A stretch of DNA of 64,000 nucleotides from Vicugna vicugna. Taxonomy: Eukaryota. The notes beneath the pieces were generated by a model, which searched no databases, was not told the origin of the DNA, and saw only the letters and a list, made by a program, of their open reading frames with translations. This document shows, piece by piece, positions 26,601 to 40,061 of the stretch. The translations under genes were made by a program, and so were the position numbers. Numbering within the stretch: position 1 is the first letter of the stretch; the number at the start of each line of letters is the position of its first letter. The stretch covers positions 248,001-312,000 of the forward strand of contig MU058198.1 in NCBI GenBank assembly GCA_013265495.1, in the 5' to 3' direction.

Positions 26601-28029
26601 CCAGCAGCCTCAGCAGCACCTGGAACCTATTAGAAATGCAAATTCTCAGGCCCCAAGACCGATCTAATGAATCAGACCTTGGTCCTATGTAATTTTTCCC
26701 TATTCCCCAACAGTCTCTCTTCCTTAACCTACAGTGTGGGTCAACGCAGCACTTGTCTCTTGTGCAAGACAAGATGTCAAATCCTCGTGACAGGCGGAGG
26801 CCCAGCTGGGACCCAGCCAGCCTGACAGTGGTAGAGCTGGGGCTTGAACTCAGGCCCTGATGGCCTCCTGGGTCCCCACTCTTAACCCCTTTTGGCACAC
26901 GCAGCATCCCAAACTGTGCTTTGAAAGAAATGACACTGACTCAAATTGGCACGTTCTAGAGTTGTTTAAGTATCACCCTACTTTTAGAACAGATACAGAA
27001 ACTGTACACTCACACACAAAAAGACTATATAAAAACGTGATGAAAAGCTGTAAGTACGCACAATTATATGAATAAATTTCACAAGGGTAACGTTGAGTGG
27101 AAGAAGTGGTATGATTCCATTTAACTAAAGGGCAAAAAGAGGCGAAAGACAGCGGTTACCCTGAGGGAGGGAACAGTAACTGAAAAGGGCACAGGGGAAT
27201 TTCTGGGAATGTTCTGTTTCTTAATCTGGGTGCCAGTCACATGGGTGTGTTCATTTTACAGAAATTCATGAATTTTATCCTTAGGATCTATGCACTTTTC
27301 TATTATGTATGTTACACTGCAAGAAAAAGTCAACTTTAAAAAACAAATGAACGAGACTAATGTCTACAACTGACCTTGAAATGCATGGGGAAAAAAATGA
27401 AACAAGAGATAAATAGAGATGGACAGACGTGTGATAAAGCAAGCAGAAAATGTTCACTGCAGAATCTTAGGTGGTGGGAATCTGGATGTTGACTGAACAA
27501 TTCTTTCAACATTTTTAAAAGGTTTCTTAATAAAACGCTGGGACTGAAAAAACAAAGAAACACACAAATAGCTCAATTGCCCTACTTTTACATTTTATAG
27601 CCTTTACTTGCTTCTTTATACCACAGAAATATCAATTTCTAGGTCTGTGTGACCATTCAGCTCAAAGGCTGGTCACAGGGCTGTTGGATCCTACAGCAGG
27701 AAGGCGACTTGGCGAACCATCAGGGACTCAGGAGTGAGCAGGAGAAATGGGGAGGAGCTCCCAGTGGGTCCTGCCAGGTTATCCTGATGACCACAATGAC
27801 CAGACCACACATGGCCAGAAACACTGTCCTGAGCCTGAACTGGAGGGTCTTACACCCTGATGATCTGTCTACCCACAATACCAAACAAAAGGTTCAAGTC
27901 TCCTTTGGACCACTGACCACAGAGCATACCCCTGCCTTAAATGCCTTTCTCCTTCCACATGAAAAGGTGAGCCACACCATGAGTCATTGGGGGAACTGTA
28001 AAGTAAAACCACATCCACTTCTTTCATTT

Positions 28030-29050
28030 TAAAAAAAATTATTTACATAGAATAAAATCCATCTATTTTAAGTATACAATTGGATGAATCTTGATCATTG
28101 TATATAAATGTGTAACTATCACAACAATCAAGATATAGATGCAAGATCATGACACAGAATAGTTCTCTCTCCCTAAAAAAGTTCCCTCTTATCCCTTTCT
28201 CTTCCATCCCTTCCCCAACCCAGGTGGGTCCTAGCCCGAGGCAATCACTGATCTATTGCTTTCTGTAACTATAGTTTAACTTTTACTAGAATTTCATAAA
28301 AATTGATTCATATAGTATGTAGTCATTTGCATTCACGTAGCATAATGTTTCTGAAACTCTTCCCTGTGTATGTGTATTAATATTTCATTCTTTCTTATTG
28401 CTGAGTAGGGGATGGATGCTCTGCAATTTGTTTATCCCTTCACAAGTTGATGGACATTTGGATTGTTTCCACTTTTTGGCTGTTATAAATGATGTTGCTA
28501 GGAGCATTTTGTGGACTTATATTTTCATTTCTCTTGGGTAAATACCTAGGAGCAGAGTTGCTGGTTTGTATGGTAAATGTGTGTTTAACTTTATAAGGCA
28601 ATGGCATACTGTTTTCCAAAGTGGTTACAGCAACTTACATCCCCACCAGAAATGTATGAGAGTTCCAGTTGCGCCACATCCTTGCCAACATTTGGCATTT
28701 TCAGTCCTTTAAACTCAGCTGTACCAGTGGGTGTGCAATGGATCTTATTGTGGTTTTACTTTCCATTTCTGATGACTCATGGAGTAAAGCATCTTTTCAT
28801 GTGCTTCTTTGCCATCTGTGTATCTTCTTGTGAAGTGTGTCTGCTCAGATCTTTTCCCCACCTTTTACTGAGTTGTGGATTGTTTGTCTTGTAATTGAAT
28901 TACAAAAGCTCTTTATATATTCTGGATACAGGCTCTTTGTTGGATATGTTTTGCAAAAAGGTCCTCTCAGGGTGTGCCTTGCTGTAACATTTCCCCCTCT
29001 TAAAGAGCAAAAGTTTAAAAATATTGATGAAGTCCATTGATCACTTTTTT
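28030..29050 (-). mobile_element. Old L1M (L1MC/ME-like) 3' region
   Basis: Antisense L1 text (gatggacatttggattgtttcca; gggtaaatacctagga; ttttccaaagtggtt; agcatcttttcatgtgctt). Confidence 0.8.
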
Positions 29051-29769
29051 ACTCATTTCACTTAAAAATGAAATAATGCCACACCCCAGGTTTTTGAAGC
29101 CAGCAACCAATGTAGAACTGCTTTGCTTATGCCAACTAAGAAATGAAAAATGGATCTGAGGCAGATCTGGGTAGGGAGGCCCATGACTGCCTGTGATTGT
29201 TTTTCTGTATTTTCCCATATGTCTGAATTATTATATAATACATAATTAAAATCAGCATGCTTTTTAAAGGTAAATAAGAGGGGTTAAAAATATCACCTCA
29301 TAGTAATTTGGCACTTAATAATTTTCAAACCTTGCTTATTTCATCCTTACAAGGGTCCTCCAAGGGGGGTGTATGTGCAGGAGTTGGGGCCTCCCTGGGC
29401 CACGGAGGGGCTAAAACATTTACCCAAGTCATCTGTTTTAATTGCATGCTTTGAGAAAACACAAAAGAGTAAAAACTGCCATTTTGGGGGGGATTGCAAA
29501 TTTTGACAATAGCTATCAAAATGAATAAATGTATATGCTTTGACCAAGCAATCCAGCTGCTGGGTTTTCAGCTCACGGTACCTGAAGGCACATCAGCAGA
29601 GAGACAGGCTCACTCCAGTAATGTCTCCAACTGCACAAAGCCAGAGGTAACCCCAGTGTCACCAACGGGAGACTAGTTAAATAAACTGTTCTCCAACTCG
29701 TGGACCTAATGGAGTATCAAGCAGCCGTGGAAAATAATTAGGTGCTACATTCCACGTCAGCCACACTGA

Positions 29770-30150
29770 TCTCGCTCTTTCTCTCATGGACGAGACTTTG
29801 CACCTGCTATTCCCTTCAGGGGGAATGTATCCCCACCCCGAACACCCACACGGCACATTCCTGATCGCTTTAGTGTCTTGGCTCACCTTCTCCAAGAGGC
29901 CTTCCCTGACCACCTCTGAGAAAACTGCAACCCTCTCCCATCCCTCACTATCACCTTTCCCTGCTTCCGTTTTCCCCTTAGCACTCAACATCATCTCCAC
30001 AAGGCATAATTCACCTGTTTTGTTTACTGCCTGTCTTCCAATATTCAAGTATTCACCTGATGATACTGGGATTTTTGTCTGGTTTGTTCACTGATGTATC
30101 TATGGCACCTGGCTCACAAGAGGTACTCAACAAATATTTGTTGAATGAAT
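29770..30150 (+). mobile_element. L2 3' end (representative; other L2 pieces at ~7450, ~35400-35900, ~57000, ~61500-61950)
   Basis: Reads gaggccttccctgaccac...tttgttcactgatgtatc...aggtactcaacaaatatttgttgaatgaat. Confidence 0.75.
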
Positions 30151-30372
30151 ATATATGTATATATACACTAATATGAAAAAACGTCCAAGATATATTATGT
30201 GAAAAGAGCAAGCTGCAGAAAAGTATATATATATTTTGGATGTTAACAACAGGATGGAGATATACACACACATACACATATATACGTACATGCACATACA
30301 CACACACACAGACATACACACATCTATTCCTGGAAAAAAGGCTACAATAAATTGTTAAGAGTAGTTAGCGCC

Positions 30373-30506
30373 TTTTTTTTTTTTTTTTTGGCAGAAGGGT
30401 AACTACGTTTATTTATTTATTTTTCAGTGGAGGTGCTGGGGATTGAACCCAGGACCTTATGCATGCTAAGCATGTACTCTACCACTTGAGCTGTACCCTC
30501 CCCTCC
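30373..30506 (-). mobile_element. tRNA-derived SINE (Vic-1-like)
   Basis: Reverse-strand A/B boxes and a poly(T) on the plus strand. TSD AAGAGTAGTTA at 30357-30367 and 30507-30517. Confidence 0.88.
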
Positions 30507-31021
30507 AAGAGTAGTTACCTTTAAGTAGAGGGAATTAGGGATTTTTACTTTTTATTCTACTCCTGTATGTTTGCATTATCCATACATATGTATTATACAT
30601 ACGTTTATACATACATATAAACACACAACTGTATAATAACATTAAAGGCCACCAGCGCTCCCTGTCCCACGTAACCCCTTCACCTCACCACACACGCACC
30701 CATAAACCACAAAGTGGGGTGGAGCAGCGACCTGATTTAAAACTACTCCGCTTGTCTTCCCAAGAGGGTCGCCCCACCCTGTCTCCTGCTGCGCCAGGCT
30801 GCAGTCACCTGTCCAGCCACACCACCTGGGACACAGCGCTTGTCTGCAGAGCCCGATGGTCCTGTCTGCCCCAGTGTTTATGGGCAGAAACAGGGAAGCC
30901 GTCTGAAAACCTGTGCAGGTGAGAACGAACTCAGTCAACAGTCTCTGTCCCTGAACTCTCCACACTCAGGCAGCTAAAGCGAAACCACTGGGCATGAGGA
31001 GAGGTTAAAATGCCACAGAGA

Positions 31022-31155
31022 AGGGAGGAGGGTATAGCTCAGTGGTAGAGTGCATGCCTAGCATGTGTGAGGTCCTGGGTTCAATACCCAGCACCTCCGT
31101 TAAAACAAGTAAATGAATAAAAACCTAATTACCTCCCCCCAAAAAATTTTTTTAA
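31022..31155 (+). mobile_element. tRNA-derived SINE (Vic-1-like)
   Basis: Reads gagggtatagctcagtggtagag...gggttcaatacc. Perfect 15-bp TSD AAAATGCCACAGAGA at 31007-31021 and 31156-31170. Confidence 0.9.
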
Positions 31156-31311
31156 AAAATGCCACAGAGAGAACAAACAACCCCCAAACAGGTGCGTAAC
31201 AGGAGCAGACTGGCCCCGAGCCCACACCAACCTGCCCGTCACAGCTGCAGGTAGAGGTCGCCACCCCACCCCACAGTCCCCAAGGAGACCAGCGGAGCCG
31301 CTGTTCTAGCT

Positions 31312-31498
31312 CAGGGGGTCCCAACCTCAGCACCCCTGACGTTTTCCCTGTGGGGGGCTGTCCTGTGCCCTGTAGGGGGGTTAGCAGCATCCCTGGCCTC
31401 TACCCACCAGATGCCAATAGTTCCCCTGAGTTATGACAACCAAAAATGCCTCCAGATGTTCACCAGATGACAAAATCAGCCCAGCAGAGAACCGCTGT
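31312..31498 (-). mobile_element. MER20
   Basis: Reads ggggggctgtcctgtgc...agcagcatccctggcctctacccaccagatgcc...gagaaccgctg. Confidence 0.8.
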
Positions 31499-31689
31499 TC
31501 TAACTGCTTTCTATGTCAGCAGGTGCCTGGGCTTGCCAGCCAAAACGTATCTGGCGAATTCCCTGCAAAGATTGCTCTTGTGAGGCTGAATGCCCTGAGC
31601 CTGGGACTTGGTGCTGTGGGAACCCCCATGCTGACACTGATCATGAACTTGGAGGTAAGGGGTGCTCATGGAGGTGGCAGAGCAAGCTG

Positions 31690-32117
31690 GTTCAGGCACT
31701 AGGCTGGCTCTTTTGTTTGCTGGCTTGGGCACCTGGGGCAGAGACAGCTGTACAGTCACCAACCAAAGCCTTTCCTTCTTGGACAAGCAGCTGGACTCCA
31801 TGTCCCAGCCTCCTCTGCAGGGAATCTGAGCAGAAGTGGAAGTGATATTCACAGCTTGCAGGCCTGCCCCATAAAAACTTCCCACGCAATGCTCAGCTCC
31901 CTCTCTCTCTCCCCTGGAGATGAAACCCTCAAAGCCTGAGAAGATGGCAGAGCCACAAGATGGAAGGGGCCTGGGTCACTGAATCATCGCATGGAAGGCC
32001 ACCCGGGACGAAGGCCCACAAAGGGCCAGTATGTGAGCAAGAAATAAGCTGTTGTGATAAACCACAGAAATTCAGGGGCTGATCTATTATGGCTGCCAGC
32101 CTTACCTGAACTAACAC
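31690..32117 (+). mobile_element. MaLR LTR (MLT1J-like)
   Basis: Reads gatggcagagccacaagatggaagggg...gagcaagaaataagctgttgtg...aactaaca. Confidence 0.65.
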
Positions 32118-33149
32118 AGTTGCTTTTTAGCAGGTCACCTGAGCTCTCTGAACTTCAGTTTCCTCCTCTGTAAAGTGAGGATCATACGGGTACCTTTTCT
32201 CATTGGGTTGTTGGGAGGATCAACTGAGACAGCACTTGGGACCGTGCCTGGGACAAGGTAAGCCTGGATCAAGGCTGCCTATGATGACCAGTGGGAGGAA
32301 GAGCTATGACTGAATTCCTGCCTCTCCCCTTAGCCCTTCTGTGAATTCTTTCCCAAGTCACATTCAATAACCTGGAGAAGAATGATTTGTCCCCATCATC
32401 AAATGGACACACTGGATTTTAGGGACAGGTCTTTAATGAGGCTGAGGACACTCACTTTATCACAGGCTGTCCAGGCATCTCTTAAGTGTCTTGGTCCCTC
32501 TGTACCAAAGAGCCCAAGGTGACCCTCAACAAGGATGCAAGAGGACCCTGCTCGCAAATCATCCACAGGCTGCCTCTCCTCTGCTTCTCCAGTCCTGGTA
32601 AAATTAAGCGGAATAACATCTGAAAGCAGACACATAATGGGAACTTTGGTACCAAGCCAGTGGACACCCTTCCTGGGCCTGTAACTCAGGGTCCTAAAGG
32701 GAGCAGCTGAGAGTTAAGTCCAAAGCCTCTCCCTCCCTGGCCAGTGCGGGCACCTGCTCCTGAAGACAGAAGGAAGGCCGAGCCCTTCCGCCCACTCTAC
32801 TCATTCTTCACCCACCTGTTTGCTTTGTGTTTTTTTCTGGTAAATGATGCCCTTTCCAAGGGCCATCTCTAGAAATAATTGCCATTATAAACCCACTACA
32901 TTCTGTCCTGCTTTAATGCGGGGGTGAGGGTTAGGCAGAAACACAGGGAAGCCGTGTTCATGTCAACTTACAAACAGGGAAAGAGAAGATTACACCCACT
33001 GAGCATCTGCTGTGTGCTAAGCACCCTGCACTCATGTCACCTCACCCATCCTTTGTGAAGGCAGGCGCCTGCCTCATTCACTTCTGTCTCCCGAGTGCCG
33101 AACAGTCACATGGTACACACAGTAGGTGCTCAATAAATACTAAAAAAAA

Positions 33150-33375
33150 ATTTTTTTTAATTGATGTATAGTTGGTTTACAATGTTGTATTAGTTTCTGG
33201 TGTACAGCATAGTGATTCAGTTATTCACATATGTAAATATACATTCTTTTTCATCAGAGGTTACTACAAGCCACTGAATATAGTTCCCTGTGCTCTACAG
33301 TAGGACCTTGTTGTTTATCTATTCTGTACCTAGTAGTTTGTATCTGCTAATCCCAAACTCCCAATTTATCCCTCA
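33150..33375 (-). mobile_element. L1 3'UTR fragment
   Basis: Antisense match to the same L1 3'UTR (tatagttccctgtgcta...cccaaactcccaatttatccc). Confidence 0.8.
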
Positions 33376-34049
33376 TCTAAGCTCCTCACCACGGTCCCCG
33401 CTTATCGCTCTGACCTCACTGCATAATTCACTCTCCTCATTAACTGTGCTCTGGCCACTTTACCTTTTTTCTTCTCTTTGAAGAAAACAAGTTGCTTCTT
33501 ACCTCCAAGGCCTTGGAACTGCCGCTTCTTCCGCCTAGAATGTCCCTCTCTCCCATCCTGGGGCAGCTGGTCCTTTCTCGGCTTCCATTACCTGGTTTAA
33601 AGCAGCGCCCCGGGCCCTATGTCACCTTACTCTCCTGCCCTTTAGGGGTTCATTTATTTCCTGTTTGTCTCATCCCAGCTAGAATGCCAGCATCGTGAAA
33701 GGATGGGTCACTTCTGTCTCTCTGCTATTTCTCCAGCAACTAGCACAGCGCCTCCACATAGGAGGGGCTTGATAAATATTTGAGGCTGTGTAACCCGGCG
33801 CCTGTGAGCCCAGATTCTGGATCCACACGACCCGACTCTGCATCCTGGCTCCAAGATCTTGAGCCAGCTACTCACCAACCTCTTGCTGCCACAGTTTCCT
33901 CACGCCTAATGGAAATGACCATCCCTACGTCACGCTGTTGCTATGAGGATTAAAGAAGTTAATTCACGTTGAAAACAGCTGGAGCGGTTTCTGGCATGTA
34001 GGAGGTGCTCTACCTGTATTTACTATTATTATTGTTCAAAACTGAATGA

Positions 34050-34410
34050 ACGGGGTGGGGGAGGGGAGGGGGAATTGGATAAAGGAGGTCAAAACGTACC
34101 AACTTCCAATTGTAAGATAAACGATGTCATGCACAACGTGTTGGGATGTCATGCACAACGTGATGACTTTAGTTAACACACAGTATGATACACAGGAGAG
34201 TTGTTAAGAGAGCAGATCCTAAGAGTTCTCACCACAAAGGGAAGTTTTCTTTCCTTTTTACTGTCTCTATATGAGATAATAGATGTTCAATAAACCTACT
34301 GTGGTAATCATTTCACAATATATGTATATCAAACCATCATGCTGTGCACCTTAAACTTACACAGTGATGTATGTCAATTACTTCTCAATAAAACTGGGAA
34401 AAAAATTTTA
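34050..34410 (+). mobile_element. L1MA-type 3' end
   Basis: Reads gtggtaatcatttcacaatatat...aaccatcatgctgtgcaccttaaac...caattacttctcaataaa. Confidence 0.8.
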
Positions 34411-35529
34411 AACAAGAAACTAGTTGGGGGTGAAATGAACAACCCCAAGGTACATTCTATACGTATCTGAAAGACGGAGAATGAAGGTTCAAAGATATTC
34501 AGAGTTCTTGCACCAGATGAAACAGCATCCAAGCCCTGGAATCTGGTTTTCTGATTTCTAAGCCAGAGCTATTCTCACCACAGCAAAATGTTTCCTTGAA
34601 ATACAGAGAGACAGGTGACATTATAGCTTGTGCCCTGCAGGTGCTGGCATTTTAAAGGTTAAGCCTTCTCCAGCTGACTGGCAGCTCTGGATTGGTGGAG
34701 TCAGGATGAGGCAATGGACAGAAGGGACATCTGGAAAGGATACTTTCAAGTTCTGATTTTATTCCATGCACCAGCCTTCATCCCACCCCGACCCAGGCAC
34801 TGGCCTTGGCTGCCAAGCCTGACAGCTTCTAGCTGGCACTGAGGCACAAGGCGAGGCTGAACCTGGCCTCTGCTGGCTCCCCCTTCTCACTCCATCTCAC
34901 TCCAACCCTGCAAGGACGTCTATGGCTGGATAAATTCCCCGTCCCCTGATGTTCTCCCCCGTGGGGATTTGCCTGGAACTAGGCTCCATCCAAAGGCATC
35001 AAAATCATTAAACAGCCACGCACATGAAATAAATATCCCCAGGAACCCTGGCAGCTGGCCTGGTCTTCAAAGGCTGCCACTGGAACCCAAAATGAACGGC
35101 AAGGATCCAGCCAAGTTTTACCGCCTGGATGGGCTTTGGCAGCCTCATGGGGTTCTCCAGAGAAGAAGCTGGGGCGGGGTGCCGCTGCGGGCTCCGCGCT
35201 CTGCCCGGAGAGCCCCAGGGTGATGGGTCTCCGCTTCCATCTCCTAACCACCTGGCTGGAGTTCTGCCTCTGCGCACATCCAGGGTCAAGGCCACAATCC
35301 ACCAAGCCCTCACCAAGCACCGTGCTAAGCATCTTACAGACATCATTTCCTTCTGTCCCCACAATACTCTGTGAGGTGGCAACTGAGGTCTACACATAAG
35401 TAAATCTGGGTTCAGAAGAGTAACTTGCCAATATAGCCAATGGTCCTTTACATCTAATCCACCAGCACATTCCAGTGACTCTGCCTACATAATTATATCC
35501 CACAGAGTTAGTTCTCTGAAACCTTTCTG

Positions 35530-35710
35530 CCAAGTCACCATCACCCCTCCCCTGGACCAGCCCCATAGCCTCACAGATGGTCTTCCTGGTCCAAGTCACC
35601 ATCACCCCTCCCCTGGACCAGCCCCAGAGCCTCACAGATGGTCTCCCTGGTCCAAGTCACCATCACCCCTCCCCTGGACCAGCCCCACAGCCTCACAGAT
35701 GGTCTCCTGA
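35530..35710 (+). repeat. 61-bp tandem repeat, ~3 copies
   Basis: Unit CCAAGTCACCATCACCCCTCCCCTGGACCAGCCCCAnAGCCTCACAGATGGTCTyCCTGGT starts at 35530, 35591 and 35652. Confidence 0.95.
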
Positions 35711-36214
35711 CTCCCCATCTTACTCTCCTACAAACCATTCTCCACTCTACAGCTGGAATGCTATTTTAAAACATTATCCAGATCCTACCACTTCCTGGTC
35801 AACACTTTCCAAAGGCTTCTCAACGCACTTAGAAAAAATTACAAGCTTCTTATCCTACGGTCTCTACTTGGGCTGCCCTCTGCTGCTTCTCCAAACTCAC
35901 ATTGCCTTCCCTGATCAAGAGGTATTAGGGTAACTGGTAACATGGGAGAAGGCAGGAAGGGTGTTCCTGCTGTTCAAAGTGTGGTCCTCACACCAGCACT
36001 GGTGTCGTCCAGAACTTACTGTAAATAAAGATATTCAGGTCCCATCTCAGACATACAGATTCAGAACCTGCACTTTAACAAGGTCCCCAAGTGACTGATA
36101 CACACGTCAAGTGGATGATTAAGAGTGAGGAAGGCTCTGGAACCAATCAGACTGAGTGGGAAGCTTGGCTCAACCACTCACCAGCTGGGTGACTTGAAAC
36201 AAGTGACTACTTAC

Positions 36215-36850
36215 TGTGCAGTGAAGAATTCACCTACCCAAAGAGAGGTCTGCGGTCTGCCCTTGGCCCCTGGGTGGTGATCTCCGTGCCCCTGGAATGT
36301 CCTGCAGGAGTGCCTTTGTTTGCCTGGGAGCTCTGGCCATGGGACTCTCTCACTAGGTGATTTGTGATGGGAGCTTTCGGTTCAGACCCCTGGAGAAACT
36401 GATGACTAAAGGCATTAGCTGGATCTCCAGGAGGTGCTGGAGACCGTAGGTCAGTCACTGGACAGGATGTGGTCAAGCCCTAGCCAAAACTCTAGACACC
36501 AAAGGCTCAGTAAGCTTCCCTGGCTGGCAATACTCTGTGCACACTGTCACTCTGAGTGACCAGGAGGAGGTACCACTGCCCATGACTCCATGAGGAGATG
36601 ACTGGACCCTTCTGGACCCTGGGCTGACTTTAATCTGTATCCTTTCACTATCACCAAACTGTAGTCACAAGTCGTGCTTTACTGAGTTCTGTGAGTCTTC
36701 CTGGTAAATCACTGACTCTGAGGGTGGTCACAGGGATCCCTGAATTTGTAGCTAACTGGTCTGACGTGAGGGTGGTCCTGGGGTCCCTGAGCTTGAGGCT
36801 GGCATCCGGAGTGAGGACAGGCTTGAGGGGATGATCTCTCAGTGGACACA
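36215..36850 (+). mobile_element. ERVL LTR (MER21/MER77-like) inserted in a MIR
   Basis: TG...CA termini, cccaaagagaggtctg, tagacaccaaaggctcagtaagcttccctggctggc and ctgagttctgtgagtcttc, with MIR halves on both sides. Confidence 0.75.
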
Positions 36851-37249
36851 GTTCATCGCACTTCCCTTCCCTGAGCTTCATCTTTCCCCAACTGAAAAAT
36901 GGCCACAGAGATTATACCTTATACGTTTGTGGAAAGATTAAATAAGATAATGAGTACACGATAACTACAAGTACTATTACCCCTACTGTACAGACGTGGA
37001 AACTGAGGTTCAGAGAGGCAAAGCAACTTGCCCACAGTCACACAGAGCCAAGTCTGGCTGACTCTAACCACAGTCCAATACCATCTCCTCATGACTTGCT
37101 GATGCTTTTCTGGGAAGAAAAGGGTGGTAGTGGTTCTGCTGAGCTGGGGTCTTACCCTTGGTAAGGAATTCATGTCTTCTGGGGGGTAAGCCACCCAACC
37201 CCATTCCAATGCTCCCCACCCCTCTCTCCTTCTGGGATTCATGTGATAG

Positions 37250-38600
37250 AAAAACCAGATTTTTAAAATATTTTCCCATAGGTCTGTTTTTTTTTCCCCT
37301 TCTGTTCCTCTTTTCTCCAAATCTTTTTATTCTCCATTGTTCAGATTGCCTAATTTCTCTTGATCTCTTTTCAAGTTCACTTTCCTCTGTCATCTCCGTT
37401 TGGCTATTGAGTTCATCTAGTGAATATCTTCTTTCAGTTATTACATTTTTCAGTTCTAACATTTCCATTTAGTTCTTTTTTTCTATCTTCTATACCCGTT
37501 ATCTGCCGATCTCTATCTTATCATTCTTTTCTAGAGGGTTCACCCTTACTTCCTGGAGCATGGTTGTAGGAGCTACATTAGTATCTTTGGCTGATAATTC
37601 CAATATCTGGGTCATCTTGTGGTTGGTGTCTGCTGATTATATTTTCTCTAAGAACTTTCCAGATTTTGTTGGTTCTTCATAATTCAGGTAATTTGGGGTT
37701 GTATCCTGGACATTTTGAATATTATATTATGAGGTTCAGGTCTTATTTAAATTCTATTGAATATGTTGATTCTTCAAATTGTAGCAGGCAACTGATCACA
37801 GATTAGGTTCAGACCACAAGTTCTAACCTGGCATCATGTGCTGTTACTCCAATGCCAGGTCAGTTTTCAAAGCCTCTGCAGTGCTATGCCTATCTGTCCC
37901 TCATGTGTGTCCCCCAGGGGCCAGCCTGGGACCTGGGTGGTGGTCTACCCTGTGGTTCAGTTCTCAAAGTCTCCGAAATACTGTTTTTGTTTTAATTTTA
38001 ATTATTTTTGAAGAGGGGAGATAATTAGGTTTATTTATTTACTTTTTTTTTTAACAGAGGCACTGGGGATTGAACCCAGGACCTCATGCATGCTAAGCAT
38101 GCGCTCTGCCACTGAGCTATCCCCTCCCCAACCCCTTCTGATATACTGTTTAGGGTCATCTCGACTCACGTGCAGCCCGGGGATGAGCTCAGGAGTTCAT
38201 ACATAAGCTTGTGGGATCCCTTCTGGAAGTGATCCCTCTCTGTAATCTTTCTCACTCTGGCTCCTCCCGGGGGCCCACTTTCAAGGCCCTTTGGCTAGAA
38301 AGCGGAGGCTTCAATCTTCCCACTCTGCCTCCCACATCCCACGACTGGGTCTGGGGCCAAGGGCCTACTGCCAGCGCCTCACACACTGCCAACCCCAGGG
38401 CACTGCAGGCAGCACAAACAGGCCTGGTTGTGTGGCTGAGTCGGCACAGCTCTGTGTCAATCCCCGGCTCCTGGACGCTGTATCAGCTGGCAGCTTAGGG
38501 GTGATGGTGACTAGGTGAGGGAGACAGAGGCTGGGGAGACCACCTCAAAAGCGCCAGCATTTCCACTCTCACACACACACTGCGATTATTACAACAGCAG
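37250..38600 (-). mobile_element. Highly diverged L1-like fragment
   Basis: T-rich antisense text. The reverse frame gives L1 ORF1-like LELKNVITE...LDELNS...ELE...EIRQSEQ. Confidence 0.6.
37986..38130 (-). mobile_element. tRNA-derived SINE (Vic-1-like) inserted in an old L1
   Basis: Reads ggggattgaacccagg...ccactgagctatcccctccc. ATACTGTTT is repeated on both flanks. Confidence 0.85.
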
Positions 38601-40061
38601 GTATGAATTTCCAAAGAGTCTCTTCTGGGATGGACAGGTCTACAGGCTGATTGGGATGAGAGGAACGATCTGTTACATTTTACACAAGAGGGAGTTGGGA
38701 CTCAGACAGCTGGACTCATTTGCTTGAAGTCACACACAGCGGATGAAGAGTGGGGCCAAGATTCAAACCCAAGTCTGGGTAATTCCACTCCTGGATGGCA
38801 GGGTCCATCCATCTCACCATCTCCATCACCACCACCACCACCATCATACCTGGTATTTATTGAGCACTAACTATATTACAAGGCATTGTCTTAAGTTTTT
38901 TATGACTGATGTATTGAGACTAGAAGGTTATAACAGAGGAAGAAACAGAGATTCAGAAGAGGGGTATCAACTGCCCACGATCACACATACTTGCTCAATG
39001 GTAAAGGTGACATTTGAACCAAATTATATCTCCCTTCAATCCATGCTCTGAATGGCCCGTGCACCCATCTCTAGGAGGCAGAGCTGGGCCTGGTGCCCAG
39101 TGAGTCGGGCTGGGAGGGGAAAAGTCAGAGGCTGCGGGGAGGCTACAGAGAGGAGGCGGGGCATAGTGGTGGGCTGAGGCCAGATGCTGGGGAACATCTG
39201 TGCCCCCGAACAAACCCACAGCATCTTGATCTCAGTGGAGTTTCCGGCTCTCGCAGAAGGTTATGACCCTCTCAGATGGGGTTGACCTTGTCTCCTCTGC
39301 TGGAAACCCTCAGCTTCTCACACCGCCCCGCTTCCCAAACCCAGACACTCTTCCAGCATGTCCCCTGGTGCCCACTCAACCCTGAGGTCTTTCCAGGCAA
39401 GAGGGTGGCAGCCCTGGGTTCCAGACCTCCCATCTCATTCTCCTCCACGCCTCCCCATCTCTCTCACCAGCAGATTCAATTAACCAATTTGATGCTACAG
39501 CTGCAGAAAGCCAAGCAATTATGGAAAACAGACCAGGTGCCTTGGAACTCATTCTCACAGAGGGGCCTGGGAAGCCTCCAAGCAGACAGCGGGGTGGGGA
39601 GGGGAGAGAACAGTACAGGCAAAAGCCTGCCAACCCAGGCTGTGCAAGAGAACCACCTGGGGAGCTTTGAGAAATACAGCTCCCCGCCCCCTCCACAGAT
39701 ACAGATGCCCTGGCCAATTCAGTGCTCTGGGCCAGAGCCTGGGCATCAGGATTTTAAACAGCCCCCACATAACACCAACGTAAGATGGGGTTAGGACATC
39801 TGACGACATGCAGAGGTGAGGGTCACTGCCGGAGAGTTGGATTCTAACATAGGCAGAAAGACACTGTCGCTCACCCTGATGCACTTCCTGGGTCTTCTAT
39901 GTATCTGCTCCCCAAAGCGCGGTCTGCAGACCTGCAGCATCGGTGTTACCTGGGCGCTGCTAGAAGTGCAGAGCCCCAGGGCCCACTCCAGACTGCGTCA
40001 GAATCTGCATTTTAACCAAACCCCGGGGGATGCCTAGATCTGCTAAAGTCTGAGGCATTGA

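Noticed and set aside
31022..31100. tRNA gene (and the five similar copies)
   Set aside because: A/B boxes are present, but each copy has a non-tRNA body extension, an A-rich tail and TSDs, so these are SINEs.
34123..34162. 18-bp direct repeat GATGTCATGCACAACGTG (and a 21-bp near-repeat at 52158-52207)
   Set aside because: Local slippage duplications inside old repeats, with only 4-8 bp between the copies and no sign of function.
35530..35710. CRISPR-like array
   Set aside because: The units are head-to-tail with no unique spacers, in a eukaryotic context.
38743..39051. ORF with a poly-His run
   Set aside because: Produced by a (CAC)n microsatellite next to a MIR; no splice or homology support.
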